This document shows, in pieces, positions 62,282 to 64,000 of a DNA stretch of 64,000 nt. Location of the stretch: positions 11,348,001-11,412,000 of the forward strand of contig NW_024704743.1 of assembly GCF_018977255.1 (NCBI RefSeq). Reading direction: 5' to 3'. Made by a program: the position numbers and the translations under genes. How positions within the stretch are numbered: the stretch's first letter is position 1; each line of letters starts with the position of its first letter. The notes under the pieces were generated by a model that was not told where the DNA came from, did not search any database, and worked only from the letters and a program-made list of their open reading frames with translations. The DNA is from Callorhinchus milii (lineage: Eukaryota).

Positions 62282-62858
62282 TTTTTTGGTTAGCTGGAAA
62301 TACGGAAACCCATCAGCATGTTTAAGAGTATCCAAATCAAATGAGAATTCCATGTATCCCACCTACACATGGAAATCCCAGAGATAGATTGTTGGAATGG
62401 AATGCACACTTTCCTTGGAGGGGCACATCCTGTTTACCTAATTCTGGATAGTATTAATTGCATGTTGGCAAGAACCAAGGCTTTAGATGGTTAGATTACA
62501 GCAGTTACCCCAACACACACTCCCCAGTGTGCTGTAATCTAACCATCTAAAGCCACATAGTTTGCTATTGAGAGTACTGCCTGGCAAGCTTTCCCGCAGA
62601 TGGGACCACCTTACCGTTAGGGCTTTGGCTTGCAGAGTTAATGGAAACTGAGCGGGATAATCCCTGAACCCAGTGACTGATCTGCCCTTCCAAGTCCTGC
62701 CAATGAGCCAGGCTGGGCTGTGCTGTCCTCAGCAGTGCCCTGGAATACTGTGGACCCACCTGGTTCAGGAACTGGATGACCAAGACTGCTACAGAGGGCT
62801 GGCTCGATTCTGACATTCTGTTGACAAACATGTCACCTTGGTGCCCGTTCAGTTCCAC
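62282..62858 (-). mobile_element. Family C 3' fragment
   Basis: SVAVLVIQFLNQVGPQYSRALL...GKLARQYSQ; ends taaccaaaaaaa on minus strand. Confidence 0.7.
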
Positions 62859-62992
62859 CTCTCCTAATCGCCTGCCCCATGTCCCTCTGTTCCCTTCTCA
62901 CTCATATAAAGTGGGAAACCCAACTTCTCTCCCCCCCGAGGAGTATAGTCGCTAGCTTGGTAATTAGGCTTTGTGTCATCTGGGGTCAGTGT

Positions 62993-63350
62993 GTGTCAGC
63001 CTGTGTCAATTGGTAGCACTCCTGCCTCTAAGTCAGAAGGTTGTGGGTTCAAGGTTTTGACTTGAACTCACATAGTCTAAGCTGACACTCCAATGTCTAA
63101 GCTGACACTCCAATGTCATCGCACGGATTGCCAAAATTGTATTGCCAAAAATCCCTCGGATGAGATGTTAAACCAAGGTCTCATCTTCCTTTTCAGGTAG
63201 ATGTTAAACATCCCACAGCACCACTTAAAAAGAAAAGGGAGTTTCTCCCAATGTCCTGGACAACAATCCCCCAAATATTTGTAAATTGTTTCATAGCCTG
63301 TTTGTGGGACCTTGCTTTGTGCAATTGGGTGCTGCGTTCGCCTACAAATA
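62993..63350 (+). mobile_element. SINE family B with 20-bp tandem duplication (63075-63114)
   Basis: Head and Deu domain; (gtctaagctgacactccaat)2. Confidence 0.85.
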
Positions 63351-63408
63351 AATGGCTTTATAAATAGAGGCATAAAATATAAAAGTCAGGAAGTTATGAT
63401 GAACCTTT

Positions 63409-63990
63409 TGTAAAGAATTCAAACTAGACAAAAGCTAAAGTCTAATTCTATTTAATACAAAAAGCTCATAAGTCAGTTTCCCTGCTGGGCAACCTGAGTA
63501 ACAGCAATAGTAAAAGACGCGTAATGAAACAATACTACCAGATGACTGGAGGACTTCCCTTCTATGGTCGGCACGTTCACAGCTATTAACCCACGAACAA
63601 AGACAAGTCCAAAGTTCCAGTCTCACACTTATTTATAATTAAGTGTCCCATTGTCCTCCATATAAGGTTCTTCTTCATGCAGGACACAACCGCTTCCGGT
63701 TTCCCACTCATCCTTCTGCTTTGCACTCCGCACTGCGACCTTCGTTCTGTTGTTCAGACTCGGCTGCCCGCATATCTTCCCACTCTTGTGTAGCCAAGGT
63801 CTCTGAATACCACATTCCTTCTCCATAATCAGCATCCAGTACCCTCCTTATTATTCGTCAATCAACAAACTTACTCATAAGAGTGAGAACAGCTTTTACA
63901 ATTAACATCTTACATCTGCTTTGATTGTATTTACTCATGGGACTGCTTTAACTACTATGGGATTATACAGCATATATTTTAAACATAACA
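63409..63990 (-). mobile_element. Probable 3' LTR of an LTR retrotransposon continuing beyond the window
   Basis: Interrupts a CR1 fragment; minus strand TGTTA...TTTACA; TATAAATA near 63630; ATTAAA near 63451; purine tract AGGTGGGGAC directly upstream. Confidence 0.6.
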
Positions 63991-64000
63991 GTCCCCACCT

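Overview
Repeat-dominated, apparently non-coding vertebrate DNA (gene desert or large intron); no host protein-coding exon or true RNA gene could be supported. The mix of abundant CR1 and L2 LINEs, a tRNA-headed Deu-domain SINE (SacSINE1/AmnSINE1-like) and a second very abundant tRNA-derived SINE suggests a cartilaginous fish (inference, not a database result). Main contents: decayed CR1 and L2 copies, including one near-full-length CR1 with ORF1 and ORF2 remnants (32.9-37.2 kb) and an L2 with a 458-codon RT frame (60.3-61.8 kb); dozens of copies of two L2-tailed SINE families, one with a young internally deleted subfamily; two related solo LTRs carrying a CpG-rich 39-bp minisatellite; the 3' LTR and polypurine tract of a further LTR element at the right edge; a hAT-type MITE; an unclassified non-LTR family with a relic C-terminal CCHC motif; several perfect locally templated inverted or direct insertions; and short unique motif-rich islands that may be conserved non-coding enhancers. 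Boundaries of decayed repeats are approximate (tens of bp) unless a TSD or TIR is quoted.
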